Shown here in pieces: positions 54,316 to 64,000 of a stretch of 64,000 nt of DNA. The translations under genes were made by a program, and so were the position numbers. Every line of letters begins with the position of its first letter. The stretch's first letter is position 1. The notes beneath the pieces were generated by a model. That model worked only from the letters and a program-made list of their open reading frames with translations, ran no database searches and was not told the origin of the DNA. The stretch is taken from NCBI GenBank assembly GCA_963815095.1, contig CAWFFH010000003.1, positions 1,152,001 through 1,216,000 on the forward strand. The letters are read 5' to 3'. This DNA comes from Candidatus Bathyarchaeota archaeon (GTDB taxonomy: Archaea; Thermoproteota; Bathyarchaeia; Bathyarchaeales; Bathycorpusculaceae).

Positions 54316-54690
54316 TTACAGTTCACAAAGTTCATTTAATATGTGTCTAACAGATATCAACCCTACAAGTTTTCCACCTGTGGTTATCACGGGTAGATGC
54401 CTAATCTTATGAAGTTTGATAATGTTTTTTGCTTCTTCAAATGTGGAGTCTTCGTTAACTGTAAAAGGATTTTTAGTCATAATTTTTTCTAAAGGTGCAT
54501 CTAAAGGCAAATTTTGAGCTACAACTCTTATGGCATCTCGCTCAGTGAAGATGCCTACGCATTGCTGAGCATCGTCGACAACCACTACGGATCCAATGTG
54601 CCTTTTGAAAAGGACCTCAATAGCGTCCTTCACAGGGACGTTTCCGTAAGTGGAAACTACTTCTTTTAACATTAAATCCCTAGTCATCAT
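54316..54690 (-). CDS. CBS domain pair protein
   Basis: GIFTERD, IMT and IRHLPV...LVGLIS motifs. Confidence 0.9.
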   Translation of the reverse strand: MMTRDLMLKEVVSTYGNVPVKDAIEVLFKRHIGSVVVVDDAQQCVGIFTERDAIRVVAQNLPLDAPLEKIMTKNPFTVNEDSTFEEAKNIIKLHKIRHLPVITTGGKLVGLISVRHILNELCEL

Positions 54691-54817
54691 ATCACTTGAT
54701 CTCCATCTTTAATCAGAGTTTACGAATTAATAAATGAATGAAAAGATTGTTTTGACTCAATGAATCGCCAACCTTCACTTTTGGGAACTGGTTTTAAAAT
54801 TACCCTTGTAGCCTATC

Positions 54818-55843
54818 CTATTTGTCTTCCAGATTAAGACGCGCTTGTAAATAAGCTAAAGTGGCCTCGGCACCTTTGTTCTGATTTAATCCTTGGGGTG
54901 TTATGCCGTCGCAGCAGCTCCCATTTTCGGGGTCGTACAACATTAGGCCTTTCAGATTCCCGCCCAAAAACCATTCAAAGGCTTGGTAAGCTGCATCGAG
55001 ATAGCTTTTTTCGCCTGTGTTTCTATAAGCGGCGATTGCCGCTTCGGTTGTGCATGAGGCTTCGATGGATTGTTGGTCGTAGATTGCCCGCTCAGATCCC
55101 TTTCTGTACCAACCACGATTTCCTATAGGAACGAATACGTTATTTATTGTTTGAATGTTTGTTAGAAATTTCATAGATTTTATTGCTACTTCCAGGTATC
55201 TGCTTTCTTTTGTGGCTTCGTAAGCCAAAAAAAGTGAGTGGGGTAGTCGCGCATTAGAATAAGTTAGAGAGGATTCAAACCACTCCCAATCTTCTGAGGA
55301 TTCAACTGCAAATTGTTTAGTCAGCTTATCGGCGAGTTCTTTGATGTTCAGTTTGACATTTTGGTCTTCTGGATAGGCTTTCTGATAGTGAAATAACCCC
55401 AAAATTGAGTAGGCTACTGCTCTTGGTGATGTGAAGCTTGGTGACCATTTGAAAACTTTGTCAAATACTTCTTTAGCGAGAAGTTTTGTATCTTGTGGCA
55501 ATTTTGAGTTCAAACAGTATCCGCATGCCCAGATTGTTCGGCCCATGCAATCTTCGGATCCTATTTCATCTGTAAGTTTGCGGTCATAGGTGAGGTAGTT
55601 GAACATTTTGCCGTCAGTCCTCTGCATGTAAAACAGTAGGCTTAGATAGGTTCCAATGAGTTTCTTAACTTTTTCATCATTAAATAAACTGAAATAGTTG
55701 GTACATGCAATTAGAGCTCTTGTGTTATCGTCTGTTGTGTACCCTTCTTTTTTATTGGGTGTTGCGAATTTCGAGTGTTGGAGCATTCCAACGTCGTCTG
55801 TTAACGCTTCAACAAAATCTAGTTTTATTGGAAAAATTTTCAA
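54818..55843 (-). CDS. (alpha/alpha)6 glycosidase-like partner of GT4 enzymes
   Basis: GY.TDDN.RAL, SED..GR, WFE..L.YSNA, DQQ.IE and N.N.GAE motifs. Confidence 0.85.
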   Translation of the reverse strand: MKIFPIKLDFVEALTDDVGMLQHSKFATPNKKEGYTTDDNTRALIACTNYFSLFNDEKVKKLIGTYLSLLFYMQRTDGKMFNYLTYDRKLTDEIGSEDCMGRTIWACGYCLNSKLPQDTKLLAKEVFDKVFKWSPSFTSPRAVAYSILGLFHYQKAYPEDQNVKLNIKELADKLTKQFAVESSEDWEWFESSLTYSNARLPHSLFLAYEATKESRYLEVAIKSMKFLTNIQTINNVFVPIGNRGWYRKGSERAIYDQQSIEASCTTEAAIAAYRNTGEKSYLDAAYQAFEWFLGGNLKGLMLYDPENGSCCDGITPQGLNQNKGAEATLAYLQARLNLEDK

Positions 55844-55850
55844 CTTAGCC

Positions 55851-57011
55851 TCACTCGGTCTCAGTTACTGATTTAATTCGTTTTAGATATTTTTTTGCCA
55901 CGTTTTTCCAGAGGAATTGTCTACTATATTTGTACGCTCTTTTTTGCATTTGCCCGCGGAAGTTTTCATCTAAGAGTCGGTTTATGCCTTCTGCAATTGA
56001 GGTGGAGTCCTTAAATTTGCATAGAATTCCTCTATCGTTAGCCAAGACTTCTTGGGCGTGATAATAAGGAGTAGACACAATAGCTTTTCCGGCGCCAAGG
56101 GCATAGATAAGTGTGCCACTGCTGATTTGGTTTGGGGAAATGTAGGGAGTTAAGTAAATGTCTGTTGCCTGAAGCAATTTGATGAGTTCGCGTTTAGTAA
56201 TGAATCTGTTTGTGAACCTGACGTTTTCTTCCAATCCGAGTTCACTGACAAGCCTTGTTAGTTCATTTCGGTATTTTTCGCCCTCATGTTTTCTGACTTC
56301 AGGATGGGTTTCTCCGATGATGAGGTAAATTATTCGGGGTTCTCTTTTAATAACTTCGGGAAGAGCTTGAATAGCGTATTCAATTCCTTTGCCGCTGCTT
56401 ATTAGCCCAAAGGTGGATGCTACCAGGCGCTCTTTTAGGCCTAGTAATTCCTTGATTGATTTGCCTTTTGTGCAATCAATGCTTGGGCAACCGTGCGGAA
56501 TAACAACACATTTCTTGTAAGGTATTCCTTGTTTTTTTAACATATCGATTGCGGCATGAGCGATTACAATAACCGATTCACTTCTTTCAATTATGTATTT
56601 TAGGACTTCAATCGCTTTTTTATCAAAATTAGGTTGTACGGTGTGAAGAGTGGTGATGACTGGTTTTTTGACGTTTTCTAAGAAGAGCTTGAGGTGTTCA
56701 CCGTAATCGCCTCCGTACAGGCCGAACTCGTGTTGGATAACTACCAGCTGAATATTTGACGAGTTAACGTATTCGGCTGCTCTAACGTAGTCTTCGGCAT
56801 CATCGCGTTCAATTATCCATTTGACATGCCTGTCGTAGTCGTAAATCGCGCCTTTTTCGTTTATGGCAATTATTGACTGCTTAAATCCTTCTAAATCAGA
56901 TACTGCATCAATTAGGTCTTTTGTGAAGTTTGCAATTCCGCATTCTCTTGGGGGATAAGTGCTCAAATAAGCAATGCGTTTTGTTTCATTATTCAAAATA
57001 AGTTTTTGCAT
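55851..57011 (-). CDS. Glycosyltransferase family 4
   Basis: YPPRECGIANF, QHEFGLYGG, G.THP and SGTL.YALG.G motifs. Confidence 0.9.
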   Translation of the reverse strand: MQKLILNNETKRIAYLSTYPPRECGIANFTKDLIDAVSDLEGFKQSIIAINEKGAIYDYDRHVKWIIERDDAEDYVRAAEYVNSSNIQLVVIQHEFGLYGGDYGEHLKLFLENVKKPVITTLHTVQPNFDKKAIEVLKYIIERSESVIVIAHAAIDMLKKQGIPYKKCVVIPHGCPSIDCTKGKSIKELLGLKERLVASTFGLISSGKGIEYAIQALPEVIKREPRIIYLIIGETHPEVRKHEGEKYRNELTRLVSELGLEENVRFTNRFITKRELIKLLQATDIYLTPYISPNQISSGTLIYALGAGKAIVSTPYYHAQEVLANDRGILCKFKDSTSIAEGINRLLDENFRGQMQKRAYKYSRQFLWKNVAKKYLKRIKSVTETE

Positions 57012-57453
57012 TTTACATGAGCTCGCTTTTTTATTGTTTATTATCCCAAATTTCCCTTTTTTGCAACTTTGGGAATGCCGATATTTCGAAATCAATCAGC
57101 TTTTAGTTTTCAGCGAAGAATTAAGTCAGGATATTTCTGGTTTTGAGGCCTGAAGCCTTGCTTTTCTTCACCTAATACTTATCCTCCGACCTTTATGTCT
57201 GTTACCTTCAATTTTTATGATCTTTTTTATTCAGAAAAGGAGATGGATTACTTCCCTGATTTAGTTGTCTATACATCCATTTTCAAATTTTTTAAGAAAA
57301 AACGAATAGCGGATAAACCAAATATATGAGGGTACTTCAAAAGTTCCTTTAACTTGAGTTAGTTGTGACTGTAATGACCCAATCACTGAAGTTAATATTC
57401 TATATTTTAACGTAATATAGGTTAGTAATATTATCGAGGTGGGATGTTTGAAA

Positions 57454-57648
57454 ATGAAATTAAGTGGGCGATGCCCCTGCGGTTATTTTTTTGATGTTTT
57501 TAATGATGATGCTAACGCTGCCATCGATGAGATAAGGTTACATTTTGAACGAGTACATAAGAATCTTCTTCCTTTTGGAATTACTGACAAGGAAGCATTG
57601 GCTCTATTAAAGAAAGAGAAACCACATAAGAAACGTAATGTTTCTTAA
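57454..57648 (+). CDS. Small putative metal-binding protein (CPCG...H...H)
   Basis: Motif spacing; GAGGTG upstream. Confidence 0.55.
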   Translation: MKLSGRCPCGYFFDVFNDDANAAIDEIRLHFERVHKNLLPFGITDKEALALLKKEKPHKKRNVS

Positions 57649-58096
57649 GCAATTTTTATCAGCGGATTATATGATTTCGGGAATGGTTGAACTGAAGGCA
57701 AACATGCTCCAAATAAAAATTCTTACTGTGTTGAAGTTATCGAGATTCACAAGCCCCAGAAGACGTAAATAACGAATTCTTAAATCGGTGTTTAGGGCAA
57801 TTAGGTCGATTTATTGCGGTTTTAAGATATTTTCATGCGTCTTTGATGGTTTAATCTCGCTTTAGGTCTCCAGAATTTGGGTTTATCCAGATTGTCATGT
57901 TTCAGAGGCGGTTTAAGCTACTTAGCGATTGTTTGATTCAGGGAATCAAGCAATTTGTTGATAAAACTTTTCTCTTTAATTGGAAATGAATCTAAAATCA
58001 CAAAAATAGAACGAATTATTGGGTGTTATTGTGCCATGCCTATCACAAGTCGTTATATGAAATAAGACGATATATGTTTACAAAGAGTTAGTCGCA

Positions 58097-58369
58097 ATGA
58101 CAAAGAACCAAGAAATTAACTTCACTTCGGACCAAGAAAGAAAAATCAAATCCACCCAAGTTAAAAAAGGGATGCCTACTATCAGATGCATATGCGGCAT
58201 GAGGATTTTAGTAGTTCCAGATTTGAAAGCTATGAACCGCGCCATCAAAAATCATTTAGCTGAACACCAGCAAGCGGATTATTCTTCAGTGCATGACTCA
58301 CTGGAGTCTTTTTTGACCGAGCAGATTTTGATAGCGGCAAGCAAAAGGAATCTGCCCAATGTTAGTTAG
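58097..58369 (+). CDS. Small putative zinc-binding protein (CxCG...H...H)
   Basis: IRCICG.RILVVPDLKAM..AI.NH..EH. Confidence 0.65.
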   Translation: MTKNQEINFTSDQERKIKSTQVKKGMPTIRCICGMRILVVPDLKAMNRAIKNHLAEHQQADYSSVHDSLESFLTEQILIAASKRNLPNVS

Positions 58370-58732
58370 CGAAGAATAGCTTACAAAGACCCTAAATTTG
58401 GGGTAAAGTAGTAAAAAGGTTTGGTATCCTTTGATTTTTTGAAGTCTTCAGAACGGATACCAAAACGCCTTAGTTCTTTAAAAGTGAACTAATACACGAT
58501 TCTTTATGAGCAAAAACAGTTTTTGTGTAGTGGCATTTGTTTGCATAGTTCTATTTTCTAGTGATTTCTCAATTTTTAAAAAGAAACTTGAAAAAATAAG
58601 CAGCAAAGTCCGTATCTTAATCAATTTGCAAAGACAATATAGCCTTCATCTGATATGTTATGGAGTTTTCAAAAAATTTATTAATTATTTCAAATTTTTA
58701 TAGTTGAAAACTAACTTGTAACAGGGAAGCAT

Positions 58733-59830
58733 TTGCCTACGTTTACGCCTTTTGGCTCGGAAGAAGTTGTGGAAAAAGAGAAACTGGCTTTAGAAGTAAT
58801 AAGAGCGTGCCGAACAGACCAAGGTTTCAACGCCAGCACGCAGCTTTATCATCAGCTTTGGCTAAGAGACTTGGTTTACTCGGAAGATGCCCTGCTACGA
58901 CTTGGATTTCGAAGGGATGTTGAAAATCACTTTTCTGAATTTATAGCATTGCAGCGCAACACCGGGCAAATGCCAACAGTCATTGATTACGGACCAAGCA
59001 AAGTGATTCGTCAAAGATATCAGCGCTGCCCATCTGATGCAGAAATTTTGTTTGTCATTGGAATGAATAAGCTAGTAGACGTTGGGTGTGACGAGTTTTT
59101 TGATGAAAATATGGAATCCATGAAATTATGCGTTGCCTTTATCGAGAATAAGCTGGATTCGCATAGGTTTATTCCTGGTATGGATTGGAGGGATGCAATG
59201 CCCGTCTACATCGGCAAGTACCTTTTGGCAAACCAGATGCTATTGGCTGATATGTACGAATTGCAGGGAAACTCGCAGGCGTCGAATTTAGTTAAGGAAA
59301 ATGTGAACAAGCTCTTTTATTGTGGAGATTTAGGTTGGTATGCAGACTCTATACATTGGAGTGGAAATGAGCTAAAGATGGATCGACACTTCGACTCCCT
59401 CGGTAATGCCTTAGCAATCCTCAATGGAACAGCTTCAAAAAAAGTTTCAGAAAGCATACTTAGGGGCTTTAATGTTGCAAAAACACCTTTTGGCTACAGA
59501 AACATTGTGCCCTACTACGTAATCAACAGAGAGAAGGCATTAGCTACATGGTACAAGACATGCCGAGTACCGTTTGCAGTATTCCTCAGAAATAGGACTG
59601 GCAAATATCAAAACTCAGCAATATGGCCATTTGTCGAAATAAGAGTGATTGAAGCACTAAGAAAACTACAAGCCAAAAACGAAGCTGATTCAGCAACCAA
59701 CACTATGATTAAACGCCAAGGCTTCAACGAGCTGTACGATCCAACAACTGGTTCGCCGGAAGGAAGCGATGGGCAGCTCTGGACAGCAACGGCGACACTT
59801 GAGGCGATTAATTACTTTAATAATCAATAA
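58733..59830 (+). CDS. (alpha/alpha)6 glycoside hydrolase (amylo-1,6-glucosidase / GH100-like)
   Basis: LW.RD, DW.D, Y.N..IWP and E.Y......G...Q.W.A motifs. Confidence 0.8.
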   Translation: MPTFTPFGSEEVVEKEKLALEVIRACRTDQGFNASTQLYHQLWLRDLVYSEDALLRLGFRRDVENHFSEFIALQRNTGQMPTVIDYGPSKVIRQRYQRCPSDAEILFVIGMNKLVDVGCDEFFDENMESMKLCVAFIENKLDSHRFIPGMDWRDAMPVYIGKYLLANQMLLADMYELQGNSQASNLVKENVNKLFYCGDLGWYADSIHWSGNELKMDRHFDSLGNALAILNGTASKKVSESILRGFNVAKTPFGYRNIVPYYVINREKALATWYKTCRVPFAVFLRNRTGKYQNSAIWPFVEIRVIEALRKLQAKNEADSATNTMIKRQGFNELYDPTTGSPEGSDGQLWTATATLEAINYFNNQ

Positions 59831-59930
59831 CTAAATTGCAGTGCGAACGGGGTAGAGACGAATAATTTTGTAAATTCTGGTCCAAATTTTAATAAAGGCA
59901 AGTCTTAAATCTGAAGCTGAGAATCAAAAA

Positions 59931-60113
59931 GTGATGACTTTAATGAGTAAAAATTCAAGCACTGAGATTATAGAAAACAATGGAAAGCAAATCAAAGAGA
60001 AATATGGTGTTGAAGTTTATCGATTGTTTCATGGTCTATCATGCACTAAGTTAGACAAAGAACAAGGATATTTCCTGCTTACGTTAATGGATGAACTTCT
60101 AAAAGTTAAATGA
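59931..60113 (+). CDS. Hypothetical protein
   Basis: ORF only. Confidence 0.35.
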   Translation: MMTLMSKNSSTEIIENNGKQIKEKYGVEVYRLFHGLSCTKLDKEQGYFLLTLMDELLKVK

Positions 60114-60164
60114 TTGATATTGGGGAGCAAACTAGAACAGAATTAGCCTCTAAATCAGCAACAG

Positions 60165-60242
60165 TGGCGGGCGGGGAGGGATTTGAACCCTCGACCCCCA
60201 ACTTAGGAGGCTGGTGCTCTATCCGTACTGAGCTACTCGCCC
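60165..60242 (-). tRNA. tRNA-Arg(CCU), CCA encoded
   Basis: GGGCGAG...CCAGC-CTCCTAA-GTTGG...GAGGG-TTCAAAT-CCCTC-CCCGCCC-G-CCA. Confidence 0.95.
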
Positions 60243-60543
60243 AACTATTCTTTAAAATGGTGTCTGATTCTATTTGACCATTTTGACCTTTATTATGACC
60301 TAGGTCAATTAAGCCTTTATTGCTATCAGATAATTGAGTTTGAGATAAAGTTTCTCTGTGATTCAATAACTCTTTATCTGCATAAACCTTGGATTGTTGA
60401 TGATAGTAGAATCTCTTAGTTGTAGCATCTTTGTGTCTTACTCCAAAATATCTAGCTTCACCTTTACTGTTGTAGAATATTTTGCAGAGAATCCTCATAT
60501 TACAGACTTAACACAAAAACTTACGTACACATCTTATCTTCAT
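60243..60543 (-). pseudogene. Interrupted ORF (MKIRCVRKFLC*VC...) whose frame runs into and through tRNA-Arg; possibly derived from a mobile element
   Basis: ATG at 60543, in-frame TAA inside a CxxC-like motif, frame then open to 60106. Confidence 0.45.
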
Positions 60544-60644
60544 TCTTGACCAATCCCTCAGTTTGGGGACCTGACTGGTCAACTTTAGATATAAAAACCT
60601 CTAAAAGAAGATCTTTAAAGTAAAATATAGAAAAAGAAAAAAAG

Positions 60645-60890
60645 TTAGCTGTTTTTAAAAAACTCTAAAATCTTCTTATCTGTCTTCTTCATTTCCAGAT
60701 TTACACTATTTAGTCTTTTTCTTAAGGGTTCTATCGTCTTCAGCTTATCAGATGGTATTGTTACAACATTATCCACAGTTAGAGACTCATATAATCTAAG
60801 AATCTCATGTTCCATCTCAAACTTCTCAGCACTTAAGGTTTTATACTGTTTGAGCAATCGGTTGAAATCATCCTTAGCTATTTTATTCAT
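60645..60890 (-). CDS. Small coiled-coil hypothetical protein
   Basis: ORF with helical heptad pattern; GGTG upstream. Confidence 0.6.
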   Translation of the reverse strand: MNKIAKDDFNRLLKQYKTLSAEKFEMEHEILRLYESLTVDNVVTIPSDKLKTIEPLRKRLNSVNLEMKKTDKKILEFFKNS

Positions 60891-61059
60891 TCACAATTCA
60901 CCAGTACAAACAAAGTTTTAGTTTGTTTGAATATTTGAATTTTTAGAAAATCCACCTAAACATGCAATATAGATAATCCTGGGAATAAATGTGCAAATCA
61001 GCTTAGCCAACTTTCCATCAGTTTTAGATGATTAGATTAAGAAAGGGTATTGGGTAGGA

Positions 61060-61206
61060 TTATGCAATGAAAATTGATTGGTTGACCGTAACTTTGAAGT
61101 TATGGTGGCATCGTTCGCAAGTAAAGGCTTGAATAGTGAAATTGTAATTTTTCAGTTCTCTGAAAGGTTTGTTAACTTCTTTGCCGCAACTGGGACAGTG
61201 AGCCAT
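61060..61206 (-). CDS. Zinc-ribbon microprotein, Cren7-like (copy 1, 48 aa)
   Basis: Manual translation MAHCPSCGKEVNKPFRELKNYNFTIQAFTCERCHHNFKVTVNQSIFIA. Confidence 0.75.
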   Translation of the reverse strand: MAHCPSCGKEVNKPFRELKNYNFTIQAFTCERCHHNFKVTVNQSIFIA

Positions 61207-61348
61207 TTTTGCATCAGTCGTTCTCCTTTAGATTCGTTGAGAATATGAGCATTATGAATTCAGAATATGGTCTAATGTTCAATTCTTCACTGAAGGCAAA
61301 TATGTTTTAAGTACGCTAAAGGCGCCCGACAGTTTCATCATGTATACT

Positions 61349-61573
61349 CTATTCTTTCGCTGCAAAGTTTTGTTGATTTGCAGAGTTCATGAAGCCGATA
61401 TTTCTTTGTTGTACGTGTCTTATCTGTGAATGGGCAGAAGAAAAGGTACTGCGAGGACTTTTTGTTTGAAAGTTACTTTTTTCGCCTGTACATGATAGGC
61501 ACCATCCAATAAAAAATGGAAAAGCAAGAAAAGGTAACATGACGATTTTTCGAACTCTATTCGGTTTCGACAA
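61349..61573 (-). CDS. Small single-TM hypothetical protein (paralog of 9153-9374)
   Basis: RKIVMLPFLAFPFFIGWCLSCTGE. Confidence 0.6.
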   Translation of the reverse strand: MSKPNRVRKIVMLPFLAFPFFIGWCLSCTGEKSNFQTKSPRSTFSSAHSQIRHVQQRNIGFMNSANQQNFAAKE

Positions 61574-61780
61574 ATCTATTCCCCTCTATAAGTAATTGTT
61601 ATTAAACTTAAAATAAGACTTTTTGAGAAGTGGACTTCGCTACTTTGTCAATTCCAATAATGTATGTTAAAAATAGAGATTTTCGATTTTATCCTTTAAT
61701 TTTTGGCATAAGAAAAATAGCCTACCAATAGATCGTTAACAATCCTTGGTTAAATGTAATCTCAGTAGAACCGAGAAAAG

Positions 61781-61927
61781 TCAAACAATATACATTGATT
61801 GATTTTTTGTTACTTTGAAGTTATGGTGGCATTTTCTGCAATTGTATGCTTCGATTGTAAAGCATTGATTTTTTAGTACACTTGACGGTTTTTCAACTAC
61901 TTTTCCACAACTAGGACAGTGCGTCAT
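61781..61927 (-). CDS. Zinc-ribbon microprotein, Cren7-like (copy 2, 48 aa)
   Basis: Manual translation MTHCPSCGKVVEKPSSVLKNQCFTIEAYNCRKCHHNFKVTKNQSMYIV. Confidence 0.75.
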   Translation of the reverse strand: MTHCPSCGKVVEKPSSVLKNQCFTIEAYNCRKCHHNFKVTKNQSMYIV

Positions 61928-62325
61928 TTGCATCAGTATCCTTGTTTCTTGTAAAAGCTTTTGAATATTATGAATCCAAAATAAGTATCAAGTAGTTGAG
62001 CGCAAGGCACTTTGCTTAGAATCCATTGTTTTAATGTTATCAATTTTAGAACATCAAAATGAAATCCAGGAAAAAAACAAACTTTTTTAAAATGATAGGA
62101 GAGTCGGTTGAGTCTAAACCTCACAAATGGCACCGCCTAATCGGAAAAGCACTTGCTACTCGCCACCTTGATGTTATCTCGGCTGCGTTTTAGCAGTAAC
62201 TTAGCGACCAATACTGCGTGTCACCGTGAAGCGTGTTCCTCAACCGGCATTAAGATAGACTCTTTTGATCAAATATATTGCTTTGTTGGCTCACTGAGAT
62301 GCCAACAGAAAACAGGTGAAACGTT

Positions 62326-63108
62326 TTATTTTCTAAATTTTGCTGTCCGGTTAGCGATTAACGTGGCTACTGCGCCGGCTGCGACGCCGCCATCAATGTT
62401 AACTACCGCTAACCCCAAAGAGCAGGATTGAAGCATAGCCATTAATGCGCTCAAACCTTTTTCGCCAAAACCGTAGCTGTTAGAGGTTGGAACAGCAATC
62501 ACTGGAACATCAACCAACCCTGACACCACAGAAGCCAATGCGCCTTCTCTTCCTGCCACGACCACAACTACATCCACATCCTCAGATAGGACCTGTTTTA
62601 AAGGTTCAAGTAACCTGTGGATTCCTGCTACCCCAACATCGTAAGTTGAGAAAACAGTACAACCCATCTCTTGAGCAATAATTTTTGCTTCTTCAGCTAC
62701 CGGGATGTCTGAGGTTCCTGCAGTTAAAATTGCGATTTTTCCACCAGTGGGGGTTATGGCGAAATCTTTCTTTTTTATCACAGCCATTCTGGCTTTATCA
62801 TTAATCTCAAGCAAAACCTCGCTGGAAAATGCTTCTTTAATCGCTTGCATATGCTCACTTGAACATCTGCTGACAATTACTCTTCCACTTTTAGTCAGCA
62901 TTCTTTTAGATATTTCAGTAACGTCATTTGCTGTTTTGCCTTCAGCCAAAATAATTTCAGGGATACCCTTACGCAGCTCCCGGTTTCCATCAAGCTTTGC
63001 CAAGCAACCAACTTCATCAACGGCAAGCATCTTTAACAATTTTTCAGCTTCAGACGGCGAAATCTGATTTGAAGCAACTTTATCTAAAACTTCTCTTAAC
63101 GATGGCAT
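62326..63108 (-). CDS. larB: Nickel-pincer cofactor biosynthesis protein LarB
   Basis: AGTSDIPVAEEA, DVGVAGIHRL, AG.EGAL and L.SC..G..VVNID motifs. Confidence 0.95.
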   Translation of the reverse strand: MPSLREVLDKVASNQISPSEAEKLLKMLAVDEVGCLAKLDGNRELRKGIPEIILAEGKTANDVTEISKRMLTKSGRVIVSRCSSEHMQAIKEAFSSEVLLEINDKARMAVIKKKDFAITPTGGKIAILTAGTSDIPVAEEAKIIAQEMGCTVFSTYDVGVAGIHRLLEPLKQVLSEDVDVVVVVAGREGALASVVSGLVDVPVIAVPTSNSYGFGEKGLSALMAMLQSCSLGLAVVNIDGGVAAGAVATLIANRTAKFRK

Positions 63109-63185
63109 AAACAGACAATATTTAAAAAACGCAACTTAATATATCTATTATGTTTGCTTGCTTGAGAAAGTTTTTGTGATAGATT

Positions 63186-64000
63186 ATGGTTGAATCCAAA
63201 AAAATTCTTGTAATTGATTGTCAGGCTTCCGGGGTGGCGGGAGATATGATTCTTGGGGCGTTAATTGATCTTGGAGCTTCCGTTGACAAGATTAACGGCG
63301 CCATAAAATCTTTGGAGAACCCCAAGTATGGCTATGAAAACATCAAAATCGACATTGCAGAAGTAATGCGGGGCGAATTCAAAGCTACCCAAATCAACGT
63401 GACATCAAAATCGGCCCCCAAAAGGCATGGAAGCGAATTAATTGGCATAGTAGAAAAAGCCTCCAGTGAGCTTGTGCTTTCGGAGAAGGCTAAACAGTTC
63501 GCTTCAAACGTAATCCACTCGCTCGTTGGCGAAGAAGCGGATTTGCATAAAACCTCTTTTGATGATTCACATTTGCATGAGGTGGCAATGGTTGATACTG
63601 CGGCAGAAATTATTGGTTGTGCAGTTGCGTTGGATGATTTGGGTTTGTTTGATTCAAAAATCTATTCTACCCCTGTAGCGGTTGGCGGTGGAACATTCAA
63701 GTTTTCTCACGGCACGGTTTCAAGTCCTGCACCAGCGACATTAGCTATTCTTCAATCAAAGAATTTTCCCTTCCAAGGCGGACCTATTGAGGCTGAACTT
63801 GCAACGCCGACGGGTGTTTCCATTTTAGTAAATTTGGCTGAGCAAGTTAATCGTTTTTACCCTCCTATGGCGCCGTTGAGGATTGGTTATGGCGCAGGAA
63901 CCAAAGAGTTTGCTGAGATGCCCGCAGTTCTTAGACTTACAATAGGCGCCACTATCGACAATGAGGTTGTTAAAGATGAAATCGCAGTTTTAGAAACCAA
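63186..64000 (+). CDS. larC: Nickel-pincer cofactor nickel insertase LarC, 3'-truncated by the window edge
   Basis: DCQASG.AGDM.LGAL.DLG, HLHEV, HG....PAPAT, EL.TPTG and GYGAG motifs. Confidence 0.93.
   Translation, partial: MVESKKILVIDCQASGVAGDMILGALIDLGASVDKINGAIKSLENPKYGYENIKIDIAEVMRGEFKATQINVTSKSAPKRHGSELIGIVEKASSELVLSEKAKQFASNVIHSLVGEEADLHKTSFDDSHLHEVAMVDTAAEIIGCAVALDDLGLFDSKIYSTPVAVGGGTFKFSHGTVSSPAPATLAILQSKNFPFQGGPIEAELATPTGVSILVNLAEQVNRFYPPMAPLRIGYGAGTKEFAEMPAVLRLTIGATIDNEVVKDEIAVLET

Overview
Archaeal chromosomal window, most likely Bathyarchaeia (inferred from the archaeal core genes, a large PQQ-like surface protein and lineage-typical small proteins; not confirmed by search). Core content: dtdA, secE-spt5-rpl11-rpl1-rpl10, ard1/rimI, a LarA homolog, top6B/A, slyD, egsA, rpl14e-cbf5, a stand-alone 23S rRNA with a long processing stem, tRNA-Thr(UGU), tRNA-Arg(CCU), lysW, an interrupted dinB, queT-queC, psmB-aCPSF1, sepF, an aminotransferase-serA-DUF1015 operon, aqpZ, a DEAD-box helicase and larB/larC. 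Accessory parts: a decayed region with a transposase remnant (24.7-26.8 kb), an AT-rich island of secreted proteins (36-42.5 kb) and a glycan and zinc-microprotein region around tRNA-Arg (53-62 kb). The best candidate for something new is a compact 5' leader of queT-queC. It can fold into an H-type pseudoknot with an A-rich loop that sequesters the Shine-Dalgarno, or into an alternative hairpin that frees it, so it may be an archaeal preQ0/7-deazaguanine riboswitch. Other notable items are a tRNA-Thr with a covarying non-canonical elbow (A18/G55, A54), a multi-hairpin candidate ncRNA after rpl10, and LarA and PLD proteins with degenerate catalytic motifs. All folds and family calls were made by eye.
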